Positions 24,548 through 34,118 of a DNA stretch of 64,000 bases are shown one piece after another. The first letter of the stretch is position 1. Every line of letters begins with the position of its first letter. This DNA is from Ottowia sp. (GTDB lineage: Bacteria > Pseudomonadota > Gammaproteobacteria > Burkholderiales > Burkholderiaceae_C). The DNA lies in contig NZ_JBKEEE010000028.1 of NCBI RefSeq assembly GCF_047975795.1, positions 17,372 to 81,371 of the forward strand, in the 5' to 3' direction. A program made the translations under genes and the position numbers. Below the pieces are notes generated by a model, which was given only the letters and a program-made list of their open reading frames with translations, made no database searches and was not told the origin of the DNA.

Positions 24548-25924
24548 CTAGCCCAGCCGACTTGCCACATCGTTGAACACCGCCACGGCCATCATGGCCA
24601 CCAGCAGAGACACGCCAACGTATTGCAGTCGCTCAAGCCAAACGCCTGCAACGGGCTTACCCGTCACGGCCTCCCAAAGATAATACATCAGGTGCCCCCC
24701 ATCCAAGACCGGCACCGGCATCAGATTCAGCACCCCCAGACTGACGCTGAGAAAAGCCATAAACCCCAGGTAATACGTCCATCCCATGGACGCCGATTTG
24801 CCAGCGTAGTCGGCAATCGCAATCGGGCCGCTCAAGTTTTTCAGCGACAAATCGCCCATCACCATGCGCCCGATCAGCTTGACTGACAAAGCCGACACTT
24901 CCCACACGCGCTTGACGCCCGACCACAGTCCCTGCAATGGCCCCTGCCGCACCAACACAAATTCAGGGGCACTGCCCACCACCGCGCCAATGCGGCCGAC
25001 GTGCTGGTCTTTGTCCTGCACCCGATCGGGCTGCACCTTGATAGACAGCACGCGGCCATCGCGCCGCACCTGCCAGTCCAACGCAGCGGGCTGGCCTCCT
25101 GCGCCTGATGCGCGGATCAGCTCGCGCAATTGCTGACCGTCTTGCACGGCGTGGCTGCCCATGCGCAGCACCATGTCGCCATCGCGCAGCCCCGCGCGCT
25201 CGGCCGCACCGCCGGGCAACACCTCGCCAATACGCGGTTTGCTCAGCGGCGAGACGATGCCCATCTCGCGGAACAGGCGCGCATCAGGCTCAGACGTACT
25301 CAGCGCGCTCAAAGGCAAACTGATTTCGCGCAGTCGACCATCTTCGCCCCGGCTCACTTCCAGCACCACATCCTGGCCGTTCAACGCCCCTTGGGTCAGC
25401 AGCCAGCGCAGGGATTCAAATGACGCCACAGGTGCCAGATCGTTGCCCGTCAAAGCCGCACGGCGCACCAGGTCGCCACCTTGCAAGCCGACCTTTTCAG
25501 CCACCGATCCGGCCACCGGCGGTGACAAGATGGCGCGCGGCTCGTCCACGCCCACCCAGTTGATGACGGCGTACAACAATGCCGCCAGCACCAGATTGGC
25601 CACCGGGCCTGCGGCCACAATCAGCGCTCGCGATCGCAGCGGCTGGGTGTTAAAAGCCAGATGCCGCTGATCGGCAGGCACTGGGGCTTCGCGCTCGTCC
25701 AGCATGCTGACGTAGCCGCCAAATGGCAAAGCTCCGATCACGAACTCAGTGTCCTGGCCTGGGTGCTGGCGCTTGGGTTTGTAGCGTGCGATGGTTTTTC
25801 CAAACCCCACCGAAAATCGCAGTACCTTGACGCCACACGCCACGGCCATGCGGTAATGACCCCATTCGTGCGCGGCAATCAACGCGCCCAGCGCCACCAC
25901 AAAAGCAATCAAAGTCAACAGCAT
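24548..25924 (-). CDS. rseP: Regulator of sigma-E protease (site-2 metalloprotease)
   Basis: HEWGH, AGPVAN, PDZ domains, NLMPVPVLDGGH. Confidence 0.96.
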   Translation of the reverse strand: MLLTLIAFVVALGALIAAHEWGHYRMAVACGVKVLRFSVGFGKTIARYKPKRQHPGQDTEFVIGALPFGGYVSMLDEREAPVPADQRHLAFNTQPLRSRALIVAAGPVANLVLAALLYAVINWVGVDEPRAILSPPVAGSVAEKVGLQGGDLVRRAALTGNDLAPVASFESLRWLLTQGALNGQDVVLEVSRGEDGRLREISLPLSALSTSEPDARLFREMGIVSPLSKPRIGEVLPGGAAERAGLRDGDMVLRMGSHAVQDGQQLRELIRASGAGGQPAALDWQVRRDGRVLSIKVQPDRVQDKDQHVGRIGAVVGSAPEFVLVRQGPLQGLWSGVKRVWEVSALSVKLIGRMVMGDLSLKNLSGPIAIADYAGKSASMGWTYYLGFMAFLSVSLGVLNLMPVPVLDGGHLMYYLWEAVTGKPVAGVWLERLQYVGVSLLVAMMAVAVFNDVASRLG

Positions 25925-25983
25925 GGGGGTCAGGTATCGAACAGCAACAAAAGTTCAGGCATGACAGGCGTGGCGCTGCGCCA

Positions 25984-27162
25984 TCACAACGCCAAGCCGT
26001 GCACCACCTCACGCGCAGCAGCACGGGCGCGGGCGTCCAGATGCAGCAGCGCTTCCAGCCCGTCTGGCGCGTGAGGTTGCACACACTCCAGCGTCATCAG
26101 GTTCACCGCATGGATCTGGTCAAAGCGAATCGCCCGCTCTAAAAACGCGGCCACTGCCACCTCGTTGGCAGCGTTCAGCACGGCGCAGGTGCCGGGCGGC
26201 GCGCGCAGGGCGTCCCAGGCCAGTTGCAGGCCGGGGAAACGCTGCGGATCGGGCACCTCGAACGTCATCGCCGCCAGGGTGTTGAAATCCAGCCGCGGCG
26301 TGCCGCTTTCGATGCGCTCAGGCCACGACAGGCCGTAGGCAATGGGTACGCGCATATCGGGCGTACCCAGTTGCGCCATGACCGATGCATCACGAAACTG
26401 CACCATCGAATGAATGATTTGCTGCGGGTGAATCACCACCTCGATGCGCTCAGGCGGCATGCCAAACAGGTAGCCCGCCTCGATCACTTCCAGCGCCTTG
26501 TTCATCATGGTGGCCGAGTCGACCGAAATTTTGCGCCCCATCGCAAAGTTGGGGTGGGCGCAGGCTTGTTCGGGCGTGGCATCGCGCAGCGTGGCCAGAT
26601 CGCGTGTGCGAAACGGCCCGCCTGATGAGGTGAGCAATATCTTGTCCACGCGCTCGCCCCAAGTGGCAGCGTCCTCGGGCAGGGATTGAAAGATGGCCGA
26701 GTGCTCGCTGTCGATGGGCAGCAGCGTCGCCCCACCTTCGCGCACGGCGCGCAAAAACACCTCGCCACCGACCACCAACGCCTCTTTGTTGGCCAGCAAC
26801 AGCCGCTTGCCTGCGCGCGCCGCCGCCAGGCAGGGGGCCAACCCCGCTGCGCCAACGATGGCGGCCATAACGGCATCGACATCGGTCGATCCAGCTATGC
26901 TTTCAATAGCTGATGCGCCTGACTCAACCTGCGTCAAAAGGCGTTTTTGTTTGATTTTTTCAGCCAGCTGTTGCGCATGCGGCGCACTGGCCATCACCGC
27001 TATCCGTGGGCAGAAACGCTCGCATTGCGCCAGCATCGCGTCGACCTGGGTGGCCCCGGTCAGCGCCACCACCTCAAACCGGTCGGCGTGTCGCGCCACC
27101 ACATCCAGCGTGTTGACGCCGATCGACCCGGTAGAACCCAAAATCGCCAGCCGCTGCTTCAT
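25984..27162 (-). CDS. dxr: 1-deoxy-D-xylulose-5-phosphate reductoisomerase
   Basis: LGSTGSIG, LANKE, PIDSEHSA, DSATMMNKALE. Confidence 0.98.
   Translation of the reverse strand: MKQRLAILGSTGSIGVNTLDVVARHADRFEVVALTGATQVDAMLAQCERFCPRIAVMASAPHAQQLAEKIKQKRLLTQVESGASAIESIAGSTDVDAVMAAIVGAAGLAPCLAAARAGKRLLLANKEALVVGGEVFLRAVREGGATLLPIDSEHSAIFQSLPEDAATWGERVDKILLTSSGGPFRTRDLATLRDATPEQACAHPNFAMGRKISVDSATMMNKALEVIEAGYLFGMPPERIEVVIHPQQIIHSMVQFRDASVMAQLGTPDMRVPIAYGLSWPERIESGTPRLDFNTLAAMTFEVPDPQRFPGLQLAWDALRAPPGTCAVLNAANEVAVAAFLERAIRFDQIHAVNLMTLECVQPHAPDGLEALLHLDARARAAAREVVHGLAL
26894..26947 (+). repeat. Fixed-spacing 54-bp motif inside dxr
   Basis: GCTAT GCTTTCA ATAGCT GATG CGCC TGACTCAACCT GCGT CAAA AGGC GTTTT. 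Confidence 0.75.
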
Positions 27163-28037
27163 CCGCCCACCCCTGCTGCGGGTGCCACCCAGCTCAACAG
27201 CGCCAAGGCAAAAGGCAGTGTCGGCAACTGCGCATCAATGCGGTCCAGCACACCACCGTGTCCTGGCAGCAATTGACTGGAATCCTTGAAACCCGCCGCG
27301 CGCTTGACCAGCGACTCCACCAGATCGCCCACCACGCTGAGTGCCGACAAGGCCATCACGCACGGCACCAAAGCCACCCAGCCTCCGGCTTGCAGCAGCT
27401 GGGTGTACAGGCTACGGCTCCAATCTGCAGGCGCTGCCCAGCGGTCCAACGCGATCCACAGCACCGCCAGCACCAGCACGCCCAGCATGCCGCCCATCAC
27501 CCCTTCCCAGCTTTTATTGGGGCTGATCGACGGTGCCAGCTTGCGCGCCACCAGCTTGCCGCCCAAGGCGCGTCCGGCAAAATAAGCCGCAATGTCGGCC
27601 GCCGCCACCAGCGACAGCACCGACAGCAAATAGTTCACCCCCAGCAGGCGCGACTGCACCACCGCCAGCCAGCCAGCCCACAGCATCAACAAGCCCAGCA
27701 CCAAGCGCAGAGCTTTAGGTAATTTGCCCCATGCAGGCACGCCCGCGCCAATCAACGTGCCACCCAGCGTGACCCACAACGCAGCCACCACCCACCAAGC
27801 GCCAAAAGGCTGGCTTATCCAGCCCGCCATCCCTGTGCCGATGCAGGCCAAAAACAGCCCGCATCCCACCGCGACGGCACCATTTTTGGTGACACCTGCC
27901 AGCCGCGCCCATTCCCAGGCGGCAGCGCCCATCATCACCATAGCCAATGCAATAAAGGGCATGGGCGATGCAGACGCCAGCGCCGCCACCAACACAGCCA
28001 ACATGAGGAGTGCGGTGATCACACGTTGTCTTAGCAT
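27159..28037 (-). CDS. cdsA: Phosphatidate cytidylyltransferase
   Basis: ISPNKSWEG, GDLVESLVKR, KDSSQLLPGHGGVLDRID. Confidence 0.96.
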   Translation of the reverse strand: MLRQRVITALLMLAVLVAALASASPMPFIALAMVMMGAAAWEWARLAGVTKNGAVAVGCGLFLACIGTGMAGWISQPFGAWWVVAALWVTLGGTLIGAGVPAWGKLPKALRLVLGLLMLWAGWLAVVQSRLLGVNYLLSVLSLVAAADIAAYFAGRALGGKLVARKLAPSISPNKSWEGVMGGMLGVLVLAVLWIALDRWAAPADWSRSLYTQLLQAGGWVALVPCVMALSALSVVGDLVESLVKRAAGFKDSSQLLPGHGGVLDRIDAQLPTLPFALALLSWVAPAAGVGG

Positions 28038-28041
28038 GCCC

Positions 28042-28788
28042 TTACCCCGCTGCGGCACCTGGCGCGCCGGACACCTGTGCGGAAGTCAAACCAAAACGCC
28101 GCTCCCGGCTGGTATAGGCCATCAAGGCTTCATCCAATGCGGCTTCATCAAACTCAGGCCACAGCTTGTTGCTGAAAAACAGCTCGCTGTACGCGCACTG
28201 CCACAGCAAGAAGTTGCTGATGCGCTGCTCGCCTCCAGTGCGGATCAGCAAGTCGGGGTCGGGCACGTGGGCCAGCGCCAGCGCGTTGTTAAGGGTTTGT
28301 TCCGTAATCGGTTCGCCTCGCGCCGCCAGCTGCGCCGCCGCCTGGGCCACGTCCCATCGGCCACCGTAGTTGAAGCACACGTTCAGCACCATGCGCGCAT
28401 CGTCTGTCGCCGTGGCCGCCTCTGCTTTGACCAGATCGTCACGCAAACGGGGCGACAGCGTTTGCCGCTCGCCCACAAAGTAAAGCCGCACACCGGCTTG
28501 GCGCAATTCAGGCACTTCGCGCGCCAACGCCTTGCCCATCAAGTCCATCAAACCACTGACCTCGTCTGCCGGGCGACTCCAGTTTTCCGACGAAAAAGCA
28601 AACACCGTCAACACACGCACCCCACGGGCCGAACAGGCGCGAATGCAGCGTCGCAATGATTCCACCCCTTGGCGGTGCCCGGCCACGCGCGGCATGAAGC
28701 GGCGCTTGGCCCAGCGGCCATTGCCATCCATCACGATGGCAATGTGGTGCGGCACTACGGGAATGGTTGGTGCAGGCGGTTTCGCCAT
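28042..28788 (-). CDS. uppS: Undecaprenyl diphosphate synthase
   Basis: IVMDGNGRWA, FSSENWSRP, LIRTGGEQRISNFLLWQ. Confidence 0.97.
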   Translation of the reverse strand: MAKPPAPTIPVVPHHIAIVMDGNGRWAKRRFMPRVAGHRQGVESLRRCIRACSARGVRVLTVFAFSSENWSRPADEVSGLMDLMGKALAREVPELRQAGVRLYFVGERQTLSPRLRDDLVKAEAATATDDARMVLNVCFNYGGRWDVAQAAAQLAARGEPITEQTLNNALALAHVPDPDLLIRTGGEQRISNFLLWQCAYSELFFSNKLWPEFDEAALDEALMAYTSRERRFGLTSAQVSGAPGAAAG

Positions 28789-28851
28789 GGCAACGAACTT
28801 GGGCAACGAATCAGACGATCCGGTTGAGGTCAAAGGTCAAAAGACCGCGCC

Positions 28852-29412
28852 TCAAACCTCCATGATGTCTTTTTCTTTGGAAGCCACCAGCGTATCGATC
28901 TCGGCAATGTGGTTGTCGGTGGCTTTTTGGATCTCGGTCTCGCTGCGTTTTTGATCGTCTTCGGTGGCCTCTTTGTCTTTGACCAGTTTCTTGATCGCGT
29001 CGTTGGCATCGCGGCGCAGGTTGCGGATAGCGATTTTGGCCTGCTCACCCTCCTGGCGCACGAGCTTGGTCATCTCCTTGCGGCGCTCTTCGCTCATGGG
29101 CGGCATTGGCACACGGATCAAATCGCCCATGCTGGCCGGGTTCAGACCCAGATCGCTCTCGCGAATGGCTTTTTCTATTTTGGCCCCCATGCCTTTTTCC
29201 CACGGCTGCACGCTGATGGTGCGCGCATCCAGCAGCGACACGCTGGCCACTTGCGACAGCGGTACGTGGTTGCCGTAGTACTCGACATGGATAGTGTCCA
29301 GCAGTGCCGGGTTGGCGCGGCCAGTGCGAATCTTGGTCAAGTTGTTTTTGAAAGCAGCGATGGACTGATCCATCTTGTTTTGGGTGTTTTTCTTGATATC
29401 GGCAATACTCAT
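28852..29412 (-). CDS. frr: Ribosome recycling factor
   Basis: [23 protein letters not shown]. Confidence 0.98.
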   Translation of the reverse strand: MSIADIKKNTQNKMDQSIAAFKNNLTKIRTGRANPALLDTIHVEYYGNHVPLSQVASVSLLDARTISVQPWEKGMGAKIEKAIRESDLGLNPASMGDLIRVPMPPMSEERRKEMTKLVRQEGEQAKIAIRNLRRDANDAIKKLVKDKEATEDDQKRSETEIQKATDNHIAEIDTLVASKEKDIMEV

Positions 29413-29437
29413 GTTGTGGCTCCAGTGCTGGCGATGT

Positions 29438-30160
29438 TCAGGCGTGAACCAGGGTGCCTTCGTCGGCCCCCAGCACCACGGCTTTGAGCGCGCCAGGCTT
29501 GAAAATAGAGAACACCTTGATCGGCAGTTTCTGGTCGCGGCACAGTGCGAAAGCCGTGGCATCCATGATGCCCAGATTGCGCGTCATGGCTTCGTCAAAG
29601 CTGAGTTCGGCGTAGCGCGTGGCCTTGGGGTCTTTCTTTGGGTCGGCTGTGTACACGCCATCGACCTTGGTGGCCTTGAGCACCATCTCAGCGCCAATTT
29701 CAGCGCCGCGCAGCGCCGCAGCAGTGTCGGTGGTAAAGAACGGGTTGCCGGTGCCCGCAGCGAACACCACCACCTTGCCCTCTTCCAGGTACTGAAGTGC
29801 TTTGGGTCGCACATAAGGTTCAACCACCTGCTCGATGCCAATGGCCGACATCACACGCGCCGTCAGCCCTTGCTGATCCATGGCATCAGCCAGGGCCAGC
29901 GCGTTCATCACGGTGGCCAGCATGCCCATGTAATCAGCGGTGGCGCGGTCCATGCCGACCGAGCCACCTGCCACGCCACGAAAGATGTTGCCGCCGCCAA
30001 TCACCACCGCCACCTGAACACCCAAGCGGGTAACTTCAGCCACCTCGCCCACGATGCGCTCAATCGTCGCCCGGTTGATGCCAAAGGCATCATCACCCAT
30101 CAACGCCTCGCCAGAAAGCTTGAGCAGAATACGTTGATAGGCGGGTTTGGCTTTGGTCAT
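29438..30160 (-). CDS. pyrH: UMP kinase
   Basis: [27 protein letters not shown]. Confidence 0.98.
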   Translation of the reverse strand: MTKAKPAYQRILLKLSGEALMGDDAFGINRATIERIVGEVAEVTRLGVQVAVVIGGGNIFRGVAGGSVGMDRATADYMGMLATVMNALALADAMDQQGLTARVMSAIGIEQVVEPYVRPKALQYLEEGKVVVFAAGTGNPFFTTDTAAALRGAEIGAEMVLKATKVDGVYTADPKKDPKATRYAELSFDEAMTRNLGIMDATAFALCRDQKLPIKVFSIFKPGALKAVVLGADEGTLVHA

Positions 30161-30272
30161 CGGCAGGGTGTCGGGATATTAAAAAGCGCTGCAAGTTTAA
30201 CGGCCCAAGCGCTATTGGCCTTTCGGCAAACCGTGGTGCCATGCACCTGCACGGCACCACATGTTCAGCGTA

Positions 30273-31166
30273 TCAAGCCTTGCCTTGAGCCGCCGCCACT
30301 TGTGCGGCCACTTCAGCGGCAAAGTCGTCGGCCTTTTTCTCGATGCCTTCGCCCACCACGTACAGAGTGAAGCTTTTCACCGTGGTGTTTTTTTCTTTCA
30401 GCATTTGCTCGACGGATTGCTTGTCGTTCTTGACGAAGGGCTGATTGAACAGCGACACCTCTTTCAAGAACTTTTGCACCGAGCCTTCGATCATCTTGGC
30501 CGCAATGTCAGCAGGCTTGCCAGACTCTTGCGCCTTGGCAGTCGCCACGCTGCGCTCTTTTTCAATCAAGTCGGCAGGCACATCCGCGCTGGTCAATGCG
30601 ACAGGTTTCATGGCTGCCACGTGCATGGCCACATCGCGGGCTGCAGCTTCGTCGCCTTCGTACTCAACCAACACGCCAATGCGGGTGCCGTGCAGGTAGC
30701 TGGCCAGCTGGCCGCCACCCGTTTTGCGCACAAAGCGGCGGAAGCTCATGTTTTCGCCAATCTTGCCGATCAGGCCCTTGCGCACATCTTCCAACGTAGG
30801 GCCGTAGCCGTCTTGTTCGTAAGTCAACGCAGCCATGGCGTCCACGTCGGCTGGGTTCTTTTCTGCCACCAGCTTGGCCGCAGCCTGCGCCATGTTCAGG
30901 AACATGTCGTTCTTGGTGACGAAATCGGTTTCGCAATTGACTTCGATGATCGCGCCGGTATTTCCGCCCATGTAGGCAGTGATCACGCCTTCTGCCGTCA
31001 CGCGGCTGGCGGCCTTGCCCGCCTTGGAGCCCAGCTTGACGCGCAGCAACTCTTCGGCCTTGACCATGTCGCCATCGGCTTCGGTCAGGGCTTTTTTGCA
31101 CTCCATCATGGGGGCATCGGTCTTGGCGCGCAGCTCGGCGACCATGCTTGCGGTAATTGCTGCCAT
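30273..31166 (-). CDS. tsf: Elongation factor Ts
   Basis: [28 protein letters not shown]. Confidence 0.98.
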   Translation of the reverse strand: MAAITASMVAELRAKTDAPMMECKKALTEADGDMVKAEELLRVKLGSKAGKAASRVTAEGVITAYMGGNTGAIIEVNCETDFVTKNDMFLNMAQAAAKLVAEKNPADVDAMAALTYEQDGYGPTLEDVRKGLIGKIGENMSFRRFVRKTGGGQLASYLHGTRIGVLVEYEGDEAAARDVAMHVAAMKPVALTSADVPADLIEKERSVATAKAQESGKPADIAAKMIEGSVQKFLKEVSLFNQPFVKNDKQSVEQMLKEKNTTVKSFTLYVVGEGIEKKADDFAAEVAAQVAAAQGKA

Positions 31167-31229
31167 GTGTAACTCCGTCAGGTTCAATGGCAAGCATCAG
31201 TTTGTTGGGATGCTTGCCGAAAATTTTTG

Positions 31230-31251
31230 AAAAAAAGGGGCTTTGCGCCCC
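31230..31251 (-). terminator. Intrinsic terminator/attenuator between rpsB and tsf
   Basis: Minus strand GGGGC-GCAAA-GCCCC-TTTTTTT. Confidence 0.7.
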
Positions 31252-31297
31252 CTTTGCGATGACATCAGCCGTAAACATTAGCTGATGCAGGCAGATA

Positions 31298-32056
31298 TCA
31301 GGCGGCGCTTTCGTCCTCAACTTCGACGAATTCGTCCCCGCCTTCAGCCGCCTGCACGGCTTTGACGACATCGTTCACGGCGTTCGCCTTGCCTTCCAGC
31401 ACGGCATCGGCCATGCCACGGGCGTACAGCACTACAGCCTTGGCCGAGTCGTCGTTGCCCGGAATCACGTAGTCGATGCCATCGGGGTTGTGATTGGAAT
31501 CCACCACGCCGATCAGCGGAATGCCCAACTTCTGCGCTTCGGCCACGGCAATCTTGTGGAAACCCACGTCAATCATAAAGATGGCGTCGGGCAACGCATT
31601 CATGTCCTGGATGCCGCCAATGTCGCGCTCCAGCTTGGCCATCTCGCGGGTAAACATAAGCTGCTCTTTCTTGCTCATGCTGTCCAGCCCAGCCTCTTGC
31701 TGGGCCTGCATGTCTTTCAGACGCTTGATCGACGTTTTAACGGTCTTGAAGTTGGTCAGCATGCCGCCCAGCCAGCGCTGATCGACAAACGGCATGCCCG
31801 CACGGCGCGCTTCTTCGGCCACGATTTCGCGTGCCTGGCGCTTGGTGCCCACAAACAAAATGGTGCCGCGATTGGCCGCCAGCTGTTTGGCGAACTTTTG
31901 CGCCTCCTGGAACATCGGCAGCGATTTTTCCAGGTTGATGATGTGGATCTTGTTGCGATGGCCGAAGATGAAAGGGGCCATCTTGGGGTTCCAAAAGCGC
32001 GTCTGGTGGCCAAAATGGACACCGGCTTCCAGCATTTCACGCATGGTCACGGACAT
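31298..32056 (-). CDS. rpsB: 30S ribosomal protein S2
   Basis: [30 protein letters not shown]. Confidence 0.99.
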   Translation of the reverse strand: MSVTMREMLEAGVHFGHQTRFWNPKMAPFIFGHRNKIHIINLEKSLPMFQEAQKFAKQLAANRGTILFVGTKRQAREIVAEEARRAGMPFVDQRWLGGMLTNFKTVKTSIKRLKDMQAQQEAGLDSMSKKEQLMFTREMAKLERDIGGIQDMNALPDAIFMIDVGFHKIAVAEAQKLGIPLIGVVDSNHNPDGIDYVIPGNDDSAKAVVLYARGMADAVLEGKANAVNDVVKAVQAAEGGDEFVEVEDESAA

Positions 32057-32087
32057 GGTTTTTCCTTGTCGAAGTTAAGTCTGAAAG

Positions 32088-32152
32088 CCAGTCCGCTCAT
32101 CGTCACCAACCGCTTGCAATAAAAGCTGGTGACGACACCTCGTCAGGACTGG
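32088..32152 (-). ncRNA. rpsB 5' leader structure (t44/S2-leader-like)
   Basis: Nested stems CCAGTCC/GGACTGG and TCGTCACCAGC/GTTGGTGACGA upstream of the rpsB RBS. Confidence 0.6.
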
Positions 32153-32422
32153 TTTGGGATTTGTTTTGCCTCTAAGGCAGCCGATAAAGCCAGCCACATA
32201 CTCCAAAGTTGACCGCTGGATTACCCAACACCTTCCAACCAGAAGCAGAAAAACCTATGAATTTTAGCATGCTCGACCATTCAAAGCTGTAGTTAAAGCC
32301 ACAACACCTGCATCTATGCCCCCGCCCGGTCACAGCACCGACGCAGACGCAACCCACCATTGCCCGGCAGATATTTGCAACGCGTCGTTGATTTGCAATA
32401 AACATTTGCAATAAAATTAGCC

Positions 32423-32437
32423 GCCATACTATATGGC
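32423..32437. promoter_or_regulatory. Probable MarR operator palindrome
   Basis: GCCATA-CTA-TATGGC directly upstream of the marR-family gene. Confidence 0.5.
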
Positions 32438-32466
32438 AACATTAAATGGCATGCGCTGACACACCC

Positions 32467-32961
32467 ATGGCTCTTGAGCAAAAATACCAAGCGCTTCTTC
32501 AACAGGCACAGCAGCGCCAATTGCCTGACATTGAAGGCATTCGCCTGTGTTTTCAAACGCTCTCGCTGGCAGCCCGCATTGACCGCGATTGCGCGACCCT
32601 GCTGGCACCGCACGGCCTGTCGGAAGGCCGCTTCGTCCTGCTGTTTTTGCTGGATGCTGCGCCAGGTGGGCTGGCTCCTGCGGCGCTGGCTGAACAAGCC
32701 GGCGTCACGCGCGCCACCGTCACCGGTTTGCTTGACGGTCTGGAGCGCGAAGCCTTGATCGAGCGACATGCCGCCCCTGGTGACCGCCGGGCACTGCGCA
32801 TTCAGTTGACGCGCAAAGGTCAGCAAATGGCCAAAACCGTGTTTGCACAGCACAGTCGCTGGATCGCCAGCCTGTACGGCAACCTCTCCGACCCAGAACG
32901 CCAGCAACTGACGGCCTTGCTGGCCAAAGTAGCCCGCAACCTGCAAGGCGCAGCCCCATGA
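32467..32961 (+). CDS. MarR-family regulator (alternative start 32446)
   Basis: GLSEGRFVLL, VTRATVTGLLDGLE, DRR..LT.KG. Confidence 0.93.
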   Translation: MALEQKYQALLQQAQQRQLPDIEGIRLCFQTLSLAARIDRDCATLLAPHGLSEGRFVLLFLLDAAPGGLAPAALAEQAGVTRATVTGLLDGLEREALIERHAAPGDRRALRIQLTRKGQQMAKTVFAQHSRWIASLYGNLSDPERQQLTALLAKVARNLQGAAP

Positions 32962-33728
32962 CCACGGCCCGCAAAGGCGCAAGCCGCGCCGCCGACATCC
33001 CTGCCGACGTGCTGCGCGCCCTATCGCACGGCGAAATCGCCAGCGCTACCTTGACGGAATGTCTGGCGCTCAACCAAGCCCAACTGGTGCGCACCGTCTT
33101 TCCCCAACTGCCAGCCAAAGCGCTGCAAGCCGTCGACACCGCCTGCACGCTGGGCGTACTCAAGCGCATGAAACACATCGGTGCCGCGTTGCTGGAAGTT
33201 TTGGGCACCGACGGCATCGCCACCTGTCAGGCCCACCACGCCGACACGGTGCGCGGCTGGGCCTGCTTCATGATCGGTGCACAGCCTGTGTTGACACTGT
33301 CCGAACGCCTGGCCGCCATACGCCCTCTGGCCGACGACGCACATTTCGGCGTGCGCGAATGGGCCTGGATGGCCGTGCGCCCGCACCTGAGCCTTGAGCT
33401 GGAAGCGGCCATCGACCACCTGGTGCCATGGACGGCTGCGCCATCTGAGCGTTTGCGCCGCTTTGTCAGCGAAGCGCTGCGTCCACGTGGCGTGTGGAGC
33501 GCCCACATTACAGCGCTCAAACGCCAGCCGCAGCTGGCGTTGCCCATCCTGACCCCGCTGCGTGCCGCCCCTGCCGCCTATGTGCAGGATTCGGTGGCCA
33601 ACTGGCTCAACGACGCTGCCAAAGACCAGCCTGACTGGGTGCGCAGCCTGTGCGCTCAATGGTTGCAAGCCCCATCCACCGAAGCCACCCACCGCATCTG
33701 CCAACGCGCGCTGCGCAATCTCAAGTAA
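32958..33728 (+). CDS. HEAT-like-repeat DNA alkylation repair protein (AlkC/YhaZ-like)
   Basis: FGVREWAW, RRFVSEALRPRGVW, YVQDSVANWLND..KDQP; ATGA overlap with marR. Confidence 0.85.
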   Translation: MTTARKGASRAADIPADVLRALSHGEIASATLTECLALNQAQLVRTVFPQLPAKALQAVDTACTLGVLKRMKHIGAALLEVLGTDGIATCQAHHADTVRGWACFMIGAQPVLTLSERLAAIRPLADDAHFGVREWAWMAVRPHLSLELEAAIDHLVPWTAAPSERLRRFVSEALRPRGVWSAHITALKRQPQLALPILTPLRAAPAAYVQDSVANWLNDAAKDQPDWVRSLCAQWLQAPSTEATHRICQRALRNLK

Positions 33729-33739
33729 AGGAGATCCCT

Positions 33740-34078
33740 TTGAGCCACTATCTCGTTGAACTCTATACCCCCAACGCCGCCTGGCACGCACTGAGCACCG
33801 AACAGCGTCAACAGTTTCTGGCCGCCATTGGCGAGGCCATGGGCGGCTTGGCTCAATTGGGCGTGCAAGCCCTCACCCTGACTGAAATTGAACTTGGCAC
33901 TGACCACGGCAGCGGCCACCGTTATCTGGGCATCTGGCGCTTTCCCGACGCTGCCGCACGCGAGGCGCTGCTGGCGGGCATTCAGGCCAGCGGCTGGTAC
34001 ACCTACTTCGACCATATGAACGCCGCAGGCGCAGAAGGTGACTTTGCCCAGCACCTGAACGCCCTGATCGCCGTTTGA
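33740..34078 (+). CDS. Small uncharacterised protein (DUF6616-like)
   Basis: TTG start after AAGGAG; HYLVELYTPN.AW, GWYTYFDH.NA.G. Confidence 0.75.
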   Translation: MSHYLVELYTPNAAWHALSTEQRQQFLAAIGEAMGGLAQLGVQALTLTEIELGTDHGSGHRYLGIWRFPDAAAREALLAGIQASGWYTYFDHMNAAGAEGDFAQHLNALIAV

Positions 34079-34118
34079 AATCCTGGCCGCGTTGCCGCCA
34101 GCGGCGCACAATGCGTTC

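Noticed and set aside
30173..30225. Motif-like AGCGCT..GCGC TATT GGCC upstream of pyrH
   Set aside because: The spacer is one base short and the left arm is poor; it overlaps a likely promoter.
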